Positions 1 through 12,337 of a DNA stretch of 64,000 bases are shown here, in pieces. Numbering within the stretch: the first letter of the stretch is position 1; the number at the start of each line of letters is the position of its first letter. The DNA is from the human T2T-CHM13v2.0 reference genome, Homo sapiens: assembly GCF_009914755.1 (NCBI RefSeq), contig NC_060931.1, one strand, 5' to 3'. Below the pieces are notes generated by a model, which was not told the DNA's origin, made no database searches, and was given only the letters and a program-made list of their open reading frames with translations. The position numbers and the translations under genes were made by a program.

Positions 1-779
1 TCTGCTTTGTCATTCTCTCTTGTTACTAACTTTTCATGTATTATTGCCCCTGGTGAACCTGTGAACACTTGAGCCCAGGAATGTTCTTTTACTTCCCTAT
101 AAACCCTAAATTCATGACAAAGTGTCTGCACATAAAAAGTTCTTGGGATAGCAATTCAGACGGCGATGAAGAGGGCTACTCCTGGGGGCAGTCCAGAAGG
201 CTGTCTCCCCACAGGGGGAATATCAGGGAGTAGGGGCTTTTTTCCAGCTCTCAGCATTAAGGACCCAGAAACTTGATCTAATCAACACAGACAGTGAGTG
301 TGGCTTCATTTCTCAGAAGCTGAGTCACATTAACCATATTCATAAGGCTAAGGCATTGATCCAAAAACATCAATTTATGGACTTAAATGAGAACTCATTG
401 TTAATGATATAAGAATACTTGATGCTTACTAAGACTTCTGTTCCCCACATAGAACTGACATTAACTGGAGAAGTCCTTTCTATACTTCCTTGTCAACTCA
501 TTCTCATCCTAGTAGACTCAGTCTTACCTTGGATCTCTTGATACTTTGTGACAAGTTATTTTCAAGCCTTGTTGACCAGGGAGTCATCTTTTTTTTTCTC
601 ACCTTAGCTCTGTATATCTCCCATGGATCAATTAGGTGTTGATTTTATAGCTTAAATCTAAGTGACATCTTTTTCATTTACAAGTCATAGAAAGGAAGGG
701 CATCAAACTGTAGGTTTTAGGTACTTGTAACACTAAGTACTTGTCATGTGAATAAATGAATCGAGTTCTGCATAGGTGT

Positions 780-2035
780 TCACACCACCATTCCAATGCA
801 ACCCTTCTTGTCAAGACAGCCAGTGGCCACCATACTGCTAAAACTATTGATTAGCTATGAGTCATAATCTTACTTAACAGCATTTGACAGGTGATTTCTC
901 TTTCTTGTCCTTAACATGGTTTCTTTATTTGGTTTCTGTTTCCATTGTTAAGCCTCTTTGGCCTTTCTGCTGGTTCCTCCTCTTCTTTCCAACAACTTAA
1001 CACTGATTACCCCATAGCTAAGTCTTTGGTTGTGTTCTCTTCTCCATCTAGTAGGATCTCATAGTCTCATGGCTTTAAATCTATATGCTGATGCTTCCAC
1101 ATTTGTATCTCCAACCTCAGCCTTTCTCTATACAATAGGTGTATATTTCCGTCTAATTATTTGTTATTTCTACTTGGATGTCTGATGGACTGCTCAAACC
1201 TAGCATATTCACAACTAAACTCATTATCTTGCCTTGCTCCAACCTATTCCTTTCACATTTTTAATAATCTCAATTGATGACAACTCTCTTCTGCTTGTGT
1301 TGCCCACAAATTTTGGAGCCATCTTTGACTACTGTCTTCTCTCATACTTCTCATTCAGTGTATCAGAAATTTTCTTGACTATACCTGCAAAATATATCCA
1401 GATTCTACTGGTACCACTTTGATCTAAGCCATTATCATCTCTCACCTAGATTATTCCCAAAGCCTCCTAACTCTTCTCTTACTTCTGATCTTGCCATCTT
1501 CTCTTATTATTCTGTTTGTAACATTGCACAAATATCACTTAAAAGCAATAGCCAAATGGTGTCATCCCTCTGGTCAAGACCCCAATATATCTCCATCCCA
1601 CTCAGAGTAAAAGCGAAAGTTGTAACAATGGTCCTGTATAACCTGCCCACAACCCCTATTCCCATTACCTTTTTGGAGTCATTTCCTACTACCCTCCTCT
1701 CACCCTGCTCCAAACACATTGATTTCCTTGCTTGACCCTGAACATGCCAGGGAATACTATCAAAGGGATTTTGCTGGCTCATTTCCTCAACCTGGAATAC
1801 TCTTCCTCCACAGATCTGCATGGCTGTTTTACCTCCTTCAAGTTTTTGCTTAAAGGTCACCTTCTCAAAGAGGTCTCCCATGACCCCATTATTCTAAATT
1901 GCACCTCTTCTACTCTACACTCTTGATTGCTCATAGGTTGCTCTATTGTTTTCTACAGCTCATATCACCTTGTAATGTACAGAATAAGTACTTATTTATT
2001 ATGTTTATAGTTCATTATATCTCTGTTCCATTAAC
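780..2035. mobile_element. L2 (L2a-like) LINE fragment
   Basis: Typical L2 3' phrases (catggctttaaat...ctatatgctgatg, tacttggatgtct, ctcacctagattatt, ccatcccactcagagtaaaagc). Confidence 0.75.
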
Positions 2036-2404
2036 TAGAAACCCAAAATGAGTACCTTGCCTATATGATTCCTCTCAAGTGATAACATCTCTATTCTAAC
2101 ATAACATATAGAGCAATAGATAGGAGACAATAGATAAGGAGAGATCATGTTCATGTACATATAGAGGGTGGGTAATTAAAAAATCTGAAAGGCAATGTTT
2201 GAATTTAGTTCAGTTTTTAAAATGCATCTTCTTATCTCAAAAAGCTTAGAAAATGTATCCTTGGGAGCCAGTATGAAATGACGGAAAGAATAAGACTTTG
2301 AATCAAACCTGGATTTGAGGTCCAGCGCTGCCATTTACTAGCTGCATGTTATGATGCCAGTTGCTAAACCTCAATCGTTCCATGTAAAACTGGCTGTCTC
2401 TATC

Positions 2405-2680
2405 TTGGCAGTTCCCAAACTATGTTCAATGAAAACTGCACTTTGATAGGCAGTCCTTGGAAAATAGAGTCCATAGATACCCATATTTAGGAAACGCTGG
2501 ATTAAACAAAATTAAACAGGTTTCTTTTCTGCAGGATTTCTCAGAGCCTTTAATATGTTAATGTACATTATGAATATTAAATTTGGTAATAGTGTGCAGT
2601 ATTCCCAGTACTTATATAACCATTAAATATTTCTTTTCGTGGAATACTTTTAACATTTCTTGGGGCACCAATTGAAAAAC
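2405..2680. mobile_element. hAT-Charlie non-autonomous MER element
   Basis: cagttcccaaactatgttc ... ggaaacgctggattaaacaaa ... gcaggatttctcagagcctttaatatg, characteristic of this class. Confidence 0.6.
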
Positions 2681-2714
2681 GCTTATCTCACAAGATAGTT
2701 ATAAAAATTAAATG

Positions 2715-3030
2715 CGTTAATATATGTGTAGTTAAGCATTGACTTAGTTGACCTAGGTTGTTTACATCCTGCACATTCCAAAGCTCTTCAGGACTGGTGT
2801 TTGACCAGCTGTTGGGAGATAATTTCTCAGCCCTTGGAATATACTGCCTGATAAGCGTGTCTTTGTACATCTAGGGCCTTGGGCCATGTTGTATCAATTT
2901 GAGCTGTGGAAAGGCTGGAGACTGAGAAGTAAGTTAGGGTCAGCTACATGGGTACTGCTTGCCTATGTGACTGACTTCTAACTAAAAGCATTTGATATCA
3001 AGGCTCAGGTGAATTTTGATGGCAGGCCAT
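2715..3030 (+). mobile_element. ERVL-related LTR fragment (MER21/MER77-like)
   Basis: cccttggaatatactgcctgataagcgtgtctttg ... ctggagactgag ... gcctatgtgactgac ... caaggctcaggtga. Confidence 0.5.
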
Positions 3031-3339
3031 ACTTTATATTCAGCAAAATTATCCTTTAGAAATAGGAAAAACTCAGACATTTCTAGATAAACAAAAATTG
3101 AGAGAGTTTGTTGCCAGTAGACCTTCCTTACAAGAAATGCTAAATGTAGTCCTTCAGGTTGAAATGAAAGAACTCTAGATAGTAAGAGTAGACAATAACT
3201 TGAATCAGATGAAGAAATAATAAACACTGGTAAGATAGCTGCATAGGTAAATATATAAGTAAGTATTAATGAATTTTATATTTCTTAGCTCCTCTTTTTT
3301 CCTATCTCATTTAAAACACAATAATTATGGGTCTATATT

Positions 3340-3690
3340 TACTAGAGTACATGTTTTTCTTCCTCCAAAATTTTTATGTTAAAGTCCTAATCTCCAATAT
3401 GATGGTGATTGAAAGTGGGGCCTTTAGGAGGTAATTGGGTTTTGATGATGTCAGGAGCGTGAGCCCTCAGGATGGCATTAGTGTTCTCATAAGAAGGTCT
3501 CTTTCTTTCTAACATGTGAGGATACGGGGAGAAGGCAGCTGTCTGCAAACCAGGAAGAGGCCCTCACCAGGAACCAAATCAGCTGGCAATTTAATCTGGG
3601 CCTCCCAAATTCCGGAATAGGATGAATTTTTGTTGTTTAAGGCACTTAGTCTATGCCATTCTATTATAGCAGCCTGAGTTGACTGAGACA
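3340..3690 (+). mobile_element. MaLR LTR (MLT1A-like)
   Basis: cctccaaaatttttatgttaaagtcctaatctccaat ... gccctcaccaggaaccaaatcagctggc ... gcagcctgagttgactgagaca. Confidence 0.8.
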
Positions 3691-3805
3691 CTATTTATGG
3701 GCACTCAACAGATGAGGATATAATTTGTGACAATAAAAACACAAAGGGAGAGGAGCTATATAGAAGTAAACTTACCAAAATTAACAAAATAGATTGTTAC
3801 AGTTT

Positions 3806-3879
3806 ATAACAATATATAATGTTAATTATATAATTATATATAATTATATAATTATATAATTAACATTATATATTGTTAT
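3806..3879. repeat. Perfect AT-rich palindrome, 35-bp arms with 4-nt spacer
   Basis: 3806-3840 (ataacaatatataatgttaattatataattatata) is the exact reverse complement of 3845-3879. Confidence 0.92.
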
Positions 3880-3984
3880 TATACATAATTAATATTATAT
3901 ATTGTTAATTATATAATTATAATCACTAGGGCAACCATTAAGAAAATAACTAAAACATATATAGTAAAATAAATAACAAGAGAA

Positions 3985-4067
3985 TTAAAACAGTACACTA
4001 ATATAAAACTAAAACAGTACACTAATATAAACAGTACACTTAATATAAAACTAAAACAGTACACTAA
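3985..4067 (+). repeat. Short tandem repeat, 4 copies of an aaacagtacact core
   Basis: Read directly from the sequence; the period varies between ~18 and 25 bp. Confidence 0.85.
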
Positions 4068-6297
4068 AATATCTATTTGATACACAGTGGATGTAATGGA
4101 AGCAGTAATGGAGGAATGAAAGAATGGAAAGACAAGATATATAGAAAACAAATAGCAAAATGGCGGATGTAAGTCCTTTCTTATCAGAAACTACATTAAA
4201 TATAAATGAGTTCAACTTTTCGATCAAAACACAGAGATTAGGAGAATTGATTTAAAAAAAAAACAACATGACCCAACTATATTAGGCCTATAAGAGACTC
4301 ACTTTAGATTCAAAGATACAAATAGGTTGCAAGCAAAAAGATGAAAAAAGATATTTCATGCAAACAGTATCCCAAAATGAACTGAAGTGGCTAATCTACC
4401 ACCAGACTCAACAGACATTAGGACAAATTGTTATGAAAGACAAATAAGGACATTATATGATAATGAAAGAACAACCCATCAAGAAAATATAACAATTATA
4501 AATGTGTATACACCTAACAACAGAGCTTCAAAATACATGAAACAAAACTAACAGAATTGAAGGAAGAAATAATTCAGAAATAATAGTTAGAAAACTTTAT
4601 ACCCCACTTTCAATAGTGTATAGAACAACTAGATAGAAGATCAGCAAGAAAATAGAAAACCTAAACAACACTGTAAACCAGCTAGGCCTAGCAGACATCA
4701 TAGAAAACTTTACATAACAACAGCAAAATACACATTCTTCTCAAGTGCGTATGGAATATTTTTCCAGGATAGACCATATGTTAGGCCACAAAGCAAGATT
4801 CAATAAATTTTAAAAGATTGAAGTATGTTCTCTGACCACAATGGAGTGAAATTAAAAATCAGTAACAAAAGAAAATTTGGAAAACTCACAAAGATGTAGA
4901 AAATGTAAAAGCACACACTCAAATAAATAGTAGGTCAAATAAGAACTCAGAATTTAGGAAATACTCTGAGATAAAAAACAAAAATAAAACAAATCATAAC
5001 TTACGAGATGCAGCAAAAGCAGTGCTCAGATGGAAATTCTATGAACAACTTTCTTAAGAAAGATCTCAAATCAATAACATAACTTTATCACTCCTTAAAG
5101 AAGAGAAAAAGAAAAGCAAGCAGAAGGAATAATAAAGATTTGAGTGCAAATTAATGAAATCAGAAATAGAAGAACAATAGATAAAAATCATTGAAATAAA
5201 AAAATTGCTTCTTTGGAAAGAGCAACAAAATTGACAAAATTTTATCTAGATTTACCAAGAAAAAAAGAGAGAAGACTGAAATTACCAAAATCAGGAGAGA
5301 AATTAGATACTTTCTAGATAGTACTACCAACCTTACAGTACTAAGAAAGATTTTAAGAGAATACTATGAAAAATTGCATGCCAACAAATTAGATAACATA
5401 GATGAAATGGACAAATTCTTAGAGGCACATAAACTACCAAAGCTGACTCAAGAAGAAATATAAAATCTGAACAGACTTATAATAAGCAAAGCAATTGAAT
5501 CAGCAATTAGGAAAAAAAACTTTCAACAAAAAAAGTTCAAGATTAGATGACCTCATTGGTGAAATCTACCGAATATTTAAAGAATTAACACCAAAAATAG
5601 AAGAGAGGGGAACATTTCCTTGCTCATTCTATGGGGCCAGTATTACACTCATACCAAAAGACAAAGGCATTACAAGAAAAAGTAAAATTAGAGACCAATA
5701 TTCTTTATGAATATAAGTGCAAAATCCCTAACAAAATACTAGAGACAAAATCTGGAATTGTATAAAAAGAATTATAAACCATGACCAAGTGGGAATTGTC
5801 CCAGAAATGCAAGGGTGGTTGAGCACAGGAAAATCAATCAATGTAGTACACCATATTAATAGAATGAAGGGGGGAAAAAACCGCCATGATCATTCTAATA
5901 CATGCAGAAAAAGCATTTGAGAAAATCCAAAATTCTTGCATAATAAAAACACCCAACAAACCAAAAAATAGAAAACTACTCAACCTGATGAAGGTCATCT
6001 GTGAAGAACCCACAGATAACATTATTCAGCATGACGCAAAAGTGAAAACTTTCCTCTAAGATCAGAAACAAGACAAGGATGTCCACTTTAGCCACATTTA
6101 TTCAATATTATGTTAGAAGTTCTAGTCAGGGCAATTAGCAAGTAAAAGAAATAAAAGGCATCTGGACTGGAAAGAAAGAAGTAAAATTATTTCTGTTCAC
6201 AGATGACATGGTCTTATATATAAAAAACCCCAAAGAATCCATTTAAAAACCCCAAAACACTGGTGCTCATAAAGAGTTCATCAAGGCTACAGGATAT

Positions 6298-6612
6298 GGC
6301 CAGGTGCAGTGGCTCACGCCTGTAACCTCAGCACTTTGGGAGGCTGAGGTGGGCGGATCACATGAGGTCAGGAGTTCAAGACCAGCCTCGCCAACATAAT
6401 GAAACCCCATCTCTACTAAAAATACAAAAATTAGTTGGGCATGGTGGTGGGCGCCTATAATCCCAGCTACTCACTGGGCTAAGGCAGGAGAATCACTCGA
6501 ACCTGGGAAGCGGAGGCTGGAGTAAGCTGAGATCGTGCCATTGCACTCCAGCCTGGGTGACAAGAGTAAGGCTCCGTCTCAAAAAAAAAAAAAAAAAAAA
6601 AAGAAAGAAAGG
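6298..6612 (+). mobile_element. AluS element
   Basis: Full dimer with poly-A tail. TSD tacaggata at 6288-6296 and 6621-6629. Confidence 0.95.
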
Positions 6613-7180
6613 AAATAGTTTACAGGATACAAAATCAATACATAAAAATCAATTATGCTTCTATTATACAGTAGCAATGAACAATCTAAAGATGACATTA
6701 AGAGAAGAATTCCATGTACAATAGCATCAGAAAGAATGCCTAGGAATAAATTTAACCAAAGAAGTACAAGACTTGTACACTAAAACTGCAAAACATTGTT
6801 GAAAGAAATGAAAAAAAAAAGGCCTAAATATATTGGAAAAACATCCATATTCATGGATTGGAAGACTTAATATTGTTAAGAGGGCAACCATCCCAAGCAA
6901 TTTACAAATTCATGCACCCTGACTTCAAAACTTACTAGAAAGCAACAGTTATCTAAAGAGTGTGTTATTGGCATTATAGACATGTAGAGTAATTGTGTAT
7001 AATTGAGAGTCTAGAAATCAACTCACAGATCTGAGGTCTATTGATTTCCAACTAGGTGCCAAGATCACTCCATGGAGAAGGAATAGTATTTTCAACAAAT
7101 AGTGTGGGGACAATTGTATATCCACGTGCAAAAGAATGAAGTTGGACCCCTGCCTCACAAGACATTAAAAATTAACTTGA

Positions 7181-8337
7181 GCCCTGGTGTGATTCCGTCC
7201 TGCATGGCTGTTCTCTTGAGCAGTAGTTGTTTATCTCCGTCTGCCTTCTCTCCCACCTGAGTGCGTTCCACTACTCAATGGAAGACTCAATGGACATGGA
7301 CATGAGTCCCCTGAGACCCCAGAACAATCTTTTCCGTTGTGAACTAAAGGCTGACAATCACTTTCAAGTGGATAATGATGAAAATGAGCATCAGTTATCT
7401 TCAAGAACGGTCAGCTCAGGGGCTGGTGCAAAGGATGAATTGCACATTGTTGAAGCAGAGGCAATGAATTACGAAGGCAGTCCAATTAAAGTCACACTGG
7501 CAACTTTGAAAATGTCTGTACAGCCAACGGTTTCCCTTGGGGGCTTTGAAATAACACCACCAGTAGTCTTACGGTTGAAGTGTGGTTCAGGGCCAGTGCA
7601 TATTAGTGGACAGCACTTAGTCACTGTGGAGGAAGATTCAGAGGCAGAAGATGAAGAACAGGAGGATGTGAAACTCTTAAGTATATATGGAAAGTGATTT
7701 GCCCCTGGAGGTGGTAGCAAGGTGCCACAGAAAAAAGTAAAACTTGCTGCTGATGAAGAAGATGATGATGATGATTTTGATGATGAGGAAACTGAAGAAA
7801 AAGCACCCGTGAAGAAATCTATACAAGATACTCGAGCCAAAAATGCACAAAAGTCAAATCAGAATGGAAAAGACTCAAAACCATCAACACCAAGATCAAA
7901 AGGACAAGAATCCTTCAAAAAACAGGAAAAAATTCCTAAAACACCTAAAGGACCTAGTTCTGTAGAAGACATTAAAGCAAAAATGCAAGCAAGTATACAA
8001 AAAGCATATTGAACAGTCCAGGGGACTACTAGTAAATTAAGCCCAAAGGTGGGGAGAGAGAAAAAGGAGAGACAAATATAGTCCACACTGAGTGTCATCA
8101 ACAATCCAGACTAAAGTTTTCTATTTTAATCTCAATTCCCTATTCTGATTTGCCACCCATGCCTCTTCAGGCTGGAAACCATGTCACTCTTGGTTCCCCA
8201 AAGCACTTTTCTTCTGACTGCTGCGATTCAATGAACCTTGCCCTTTGCTTTCTATTACTTGTGCATTTGCCTCACCTCTGACCATGTTTTAAATCACGTT
8301 TGTATCTCCTTAGCTGCTCAATAAATATTTGAATGAA
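7181..8337 (+). pseudogene. NPM1P: Processed NPM1 (nucleophosmin) pseudogene of the short B23.2-type isoform; possibly the annotated NPM1P18 (number not verified)
   Basis: Intronless. ATG at 7278 ([15 protein letters not shown]...), in-frame premature TGA at 7695-7697, and the same frame runs on to ...MQASIQKAY* at 8012. 5'UTR and 3'UTR are present, AATAAA at 8320-8325. 14-bp TSD aaaaattaacttga at 7167-7180 and 8338-8351, at a TT/AAAA L1 endonuclease site. Confidence 0.95.
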
Positions 8338-9827
8338 AAAAATTAACTTGAAATTGAATAAAGACTTAACATAAAAGCTAAAACTATAAAACTCTTAGAA
8401 GGAAATGTAGATGTAATTCTTTGTGATCTTGGATAGGTAACTTTTTAAAATATAACATCAAAAGCACAAAAAAACAGGTAAATTGGACTTCGTCAAAATT
8501 TTAAAAATTGCATCACCAAAGAATACTATCAATAAAGTTAAAAGACAATTCACAGATTAGAAAAAATATTTGCAAGTCATATATTTGACAAAGGGTCTAA
8601 TAATAGACTATTTAAATCAACTTTGCAACTCAAAAACAAAAGACAGCAACCCAATTAAAAGTGGGCAAAGAACTTGAACAGATGTTTCTCCAAAGAAGAT
8701 ATACAAATGGCAAATGAGCACATGAAAAGATGCCCAGCATCATTAATCATTAGGGAAATGAAAATCAAAATTACAATGAGTTACCACTTCACTTCCACTG
8801 GGATGGCTATAATAAAGAAAAAAAAGGAAAATAAATTTTTGTGAGGATGTATACATTTGAACCTTTGTGTATTGCTGGTAGGAATGCAAAATGCTGCAGC
8901 TGCTATGGAAGTCTGGCAGTTCCTCAAAAGGGTAAATGTAGAGTTACCATATGACCTAGCAATTCAATTCCACTCCTAGGTACTATCAAGAGAACTAAAA
9001 ACAGATGTACACTAACACTACCTTTATAGTAGCATTACTCATCATAGCCAAAAGTAGAAACAACCCAATCCCCATCAACTGATGAATGGATAAAAAAAAA
9101 GTTAGTGCATTCATACAATGGAATATGAGTCAGTCATAAAAAGAATGAAGTAATGATAAATGCTACAACATGCATGAAGCTTGAAAATATTATGTTAAAA
9201 AAGCCAGTCATAAAGGACACATATTGTATGATTCCATTTGTATGAAATGTCCTAAATAGGCAAATCCATAGTAACAGAAATTAGATAGTGATTGCCCAAG
9301 GCTAGGGAAAGAGTGGAATGTGGAGTGATTGCTTAATTAGTAAGGAGTTTCTTTTTGGGAGTGATGAAACATTCTGGAATTAGATAGTGGTGGTATTGGT
9401 TGCACAACATTGTGAATATACTAAAAACCACTTGTACAGTTTACAATTGTTAAAGTGGTAAGTTTTATGTTTTGTGATCTTTATCTCAATTTAAAAAATC
9501 CAAAATGAGGGTAAAAACCAAGAAAGCAGAAGCCATGGGATCCAAGAAACAGGAGATACATTGGAAAGGGTTAGGATGATAGTGAAGGAAGTTCCTAGAC
9601 GCCCACTGTGCATGGAAGATAGAGCACAACCAGTTCAGTGGCTTCTGGGAGAATATCTGTGAGAAGAGGATATTTTGCTCCTGATGTGTTCAAAAGTATT
9701 GAGAGGAGATATTGAAGATTGTGGAAGAATCTGAGCAAATATAAATGAAACTAAGTGTATTCATTTGGGTTTTCCAGAAAAACAGAACCAGTAAGAGAGA
9801 TGATGGATAGAAAGATACTCAAACAGA

Positions 9828-9852
9828 CGATAGATAGATATAGATAGATGAT

Positions 9853-9905
<53 letters not shown>

Positions 9906-9906
9906 G
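9828..9906 (+). repeat. (GATA)n tetranucleotide microsatellite inside MLT2
   Basis: Two GATA runs separated by a gatgatta interruption. Confidence 0.95.
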
Positions 9907-10074
9907 GACGATAGATGAGAGAGAAGAAGGAAAGAAGGAAGGAGGGAGGAAGAAAAGGAAAAAAGAAAGGGAGAAAAGGAGAAAGATGAAAAGATAAAGA
10001 GATTTATTATAAGGAATTGACTCACACAGTTACAAAGGCTGAGAAGTCCCAAGATCTGTATTCAGCAAGAGACC

Positions 10075-10188
10075 CAGGAGAGCTGATGGTAGAGTTCCAG
10101 ACTGAGTCCAAAGGCCTGAGAATCAGGAGAGCTGATGGTAGAGTTCCAGACTGAGTCCAAAGGCCTGAGAATCAGGAGAGCTGATGGT
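10075..10188 (+). repeat. 49-bp perfect tandem duplication (~2.3 copies) inside MLT2
   Basis: caggagagctgatggtagagttccagactgagtccaaaggcctgagaat starts at 10075 and 10124; a partial third copy starts at 10173. Confidence 0.92.
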
Positions 10189-10659
10189 GTAAGTTCCAGT
10201 CCAAGTTCAAGTCTGAGGGCAAAAGAAGACCAGTGGTCCAGCTCCAAGATAGAGAGAGCAAATTTTCCCTTTCTCAGCCTCTTTATTTTATTCACTTCCT
10301 CAATGGATTGGATGAGGCCCACCCCATCAGCAAGGGCACTCTGCTTTACTCAGTCCACAGGTTCAAATGTTAATCTCATTCAGAAAACCCCTCACAGAAA
10401 TGGCTAGAATAATGTTTAACCACATAACTGGGTACCCATGGCCTTGTCAACATGACACATAAAATCAACCATCAAACTAAGTCAGTTAAAAAAAAAATCC
10501 AGTTATTAATTTCGCAGAAAACAAATAGTTGTGCATATCCTATGTGGCTCAACTGAGAATAGCATTTATATTTGTACAGTTATAATATTAATATTAAATA
10601 TTGAATTTATCAAAAACTTGACATAAGTATAACTGGAGTTTGAGGGGAAGAGAAATGTT

Positions 10660-10702
<43 letters not shown>
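10660..10702 (+). repeat. Compound (TG)n(AG)n microsatellite
   Basis: Read directly from the sequence. Confidence 0.95.
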
Positions 10703-10707
<5 letters not shown>

Positions 10708-11959
10708 TGTGATAATGGTGGGGCAAAGAGTAAAAAAGAGCTAAATCCTTATCTTCCATAGTGGGAAGTCATTTTATGCTGCCTAATGCTGAAAATCACA
10801 AGTAGTGCTAAAAATCATATGTTATTTATTGATACGCAGGTGAAAAACAAGAGCAATAGTTTAAAAAGCTGCAAAGGTAGCCTTTTAGGAATGGAAACTT
10901 GAGGTTGTAGGTGGGGAGCAGGTTATTGTTTTGGTTCAGCTTGATTTTGGTAATAATTCTGGTAAAACAATTTGACTGTATAAGTATGCATGTATAACTT
11001 TGATTAAAAACTAAATTTTAAAAATGTATGGTATATGGAGTTGGAGAAGATCAAATAACAATAGCCTACTTTTCCCTGCTAATTTATTGTACTGTACGGA
11101 CTCCAAGTTTGATTAGGGGAGACAAATTCTTTCTGCATGTGATCACATAAGTACGTCATGTGTGTCTGAGTACATGTGTCTGCACGCATGTGTATGTGTG
11201 TTCATGGGCATAATAAGATATGCTTATTCTTACATGTGCCAAAATGAAGAGAGAGATATTCATACATATTGATGTAGACTGGCTTGTAAGCAGCAAGAGA
11301 GTAAATAATGTGATGCTTACAAGAAAAGATAAGAGACAACCGAAAGTAATGGAATTCGTTAAGGAAACCATAAGCAGACATTAAGTTTTTAAAAATCTAA
11401 CTAAACAGCTCTTCTTTGGAATGTGAAGGCATTGTTAGATGAAATAATTGAGGATATGGAAATGACTGCTTTTTTTTTCTTTGCACTCGCTTTCTATAAA
11501 TAGAGAAATATAATTATCATTGTCAAAAACAATGTATTATTCATTATGAAACTCATAAACACAATTAACAACAAGTTCTTGTCAGTTTCTGAAACAAATC
11601 AATGAAAGAAACACTGAAGGAAATAAATATTTAAATGCCATCTGATATTTTTAAAAAGAAAATTTGTATTCAAAATATATAAATTTGGTTGATTAAAAAT
11701 TAGCAACTGTTTTAGAAGGATTTGTGTGGTAGCATAGCATTGGAGTTGGTTGCATCCTCCTAGGAAGAAATGAGCTTTGTTGAGATAGAATTCTGGAAGG
11801 GAAAGTATACAGCTGATTTTAACCCTGGAATCTTAACTCTCCATGTCTGCTAAGAACCACCTGGCACAATTCTCAGAGGAATAGTTTGGCTCAGACTGGA
11901 TAGAGATAACCAAAGGACTCATTGAGAAAATCTAGACCCAAACAATTAACGAAAACATA

Positions 11960-12246
11960 CGCGGTGGCTCACGCCTGTAATCGTAGCACTTTGGGAGGCC
12001 GAGGCGGGCTGATCACCTGAGGTCGGGAGTTCGAGACCAGCCTGACCAACATGGAGAAACCCTTCTCTACTAAAAATACAGAATTAGCCGGGCATGGTGG
12101 CACACACCTGTAATCCCAGCTACTCGGGAGATTGAGGCAGGAGAATCACTTGAACCTGGAGGCAGAGTTTGCAGGGAGCTGAGATCGTGCCACTGCTCTC
12201 CAGCCTGGGCAACAATAGCAAAACTCTATCTCAAAAAAAAAAAAAG
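11960..12246 (+). mobile_element. Alu (AluSp-like), slightly 5' truncated
   Basis: Diagnostic gaccaacatggagaaacc; flanked on both sides by gaaaacata (TSD). Confidence 0.92.
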
Positions 12247-12337
12247 AAAACATATACGTATACAATAAATAAGAAACAAATAGATATAAACTCTGGTGTT
12301 AATCCCTGGCTTATTCTGTCTGAAATTGTGTTAAAGC

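Larger units (their letters stand above)
3030..9500 (+). mobile_element. Old L1 (L1M body, L1MB-type 3' end), decayed, from the end of ORF1 through ORF2 to the 3'UTR; interrupted by an MLT1 LTR, an Alu and the NPM1 retrocopy
   Basis: Continuous A-rich L1 ORF2 similarity (gatagaccatatgttaggccacaaa, ctgttcacagatgacatg = LFTDDM of the RT). L1MB-like tail (gatgaaacattctggaattagatagtgg...ttgcacaacattgtgaatatactaaaaaccac). Confidence 0.88.
9756..10476 (-). mobile_element. ERVL LTR MLT2 (solo LTR)
   Basis: gagatttattataaggaattgactcacacag...gctgagaagtcccaagatctg ... gacacataaaatcaaccatca. 5-bp TSD ctaag at 9751-9755 and 10477-10481. Confidence 0.88.

Noticed and set aside
7469-8104. Antisense Ser-rich and His-rich ORFs
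   Set aside because: They are the reverse-strand shadow of the NPM1 acidic GAT/GAA tracts.
3985-10188. Short direct-repeat arrays superficially resembling CRISPR
   Set aside because: Eukaryotic DNA, head-to-tail repeats with no unique spacers, and no cas genes.
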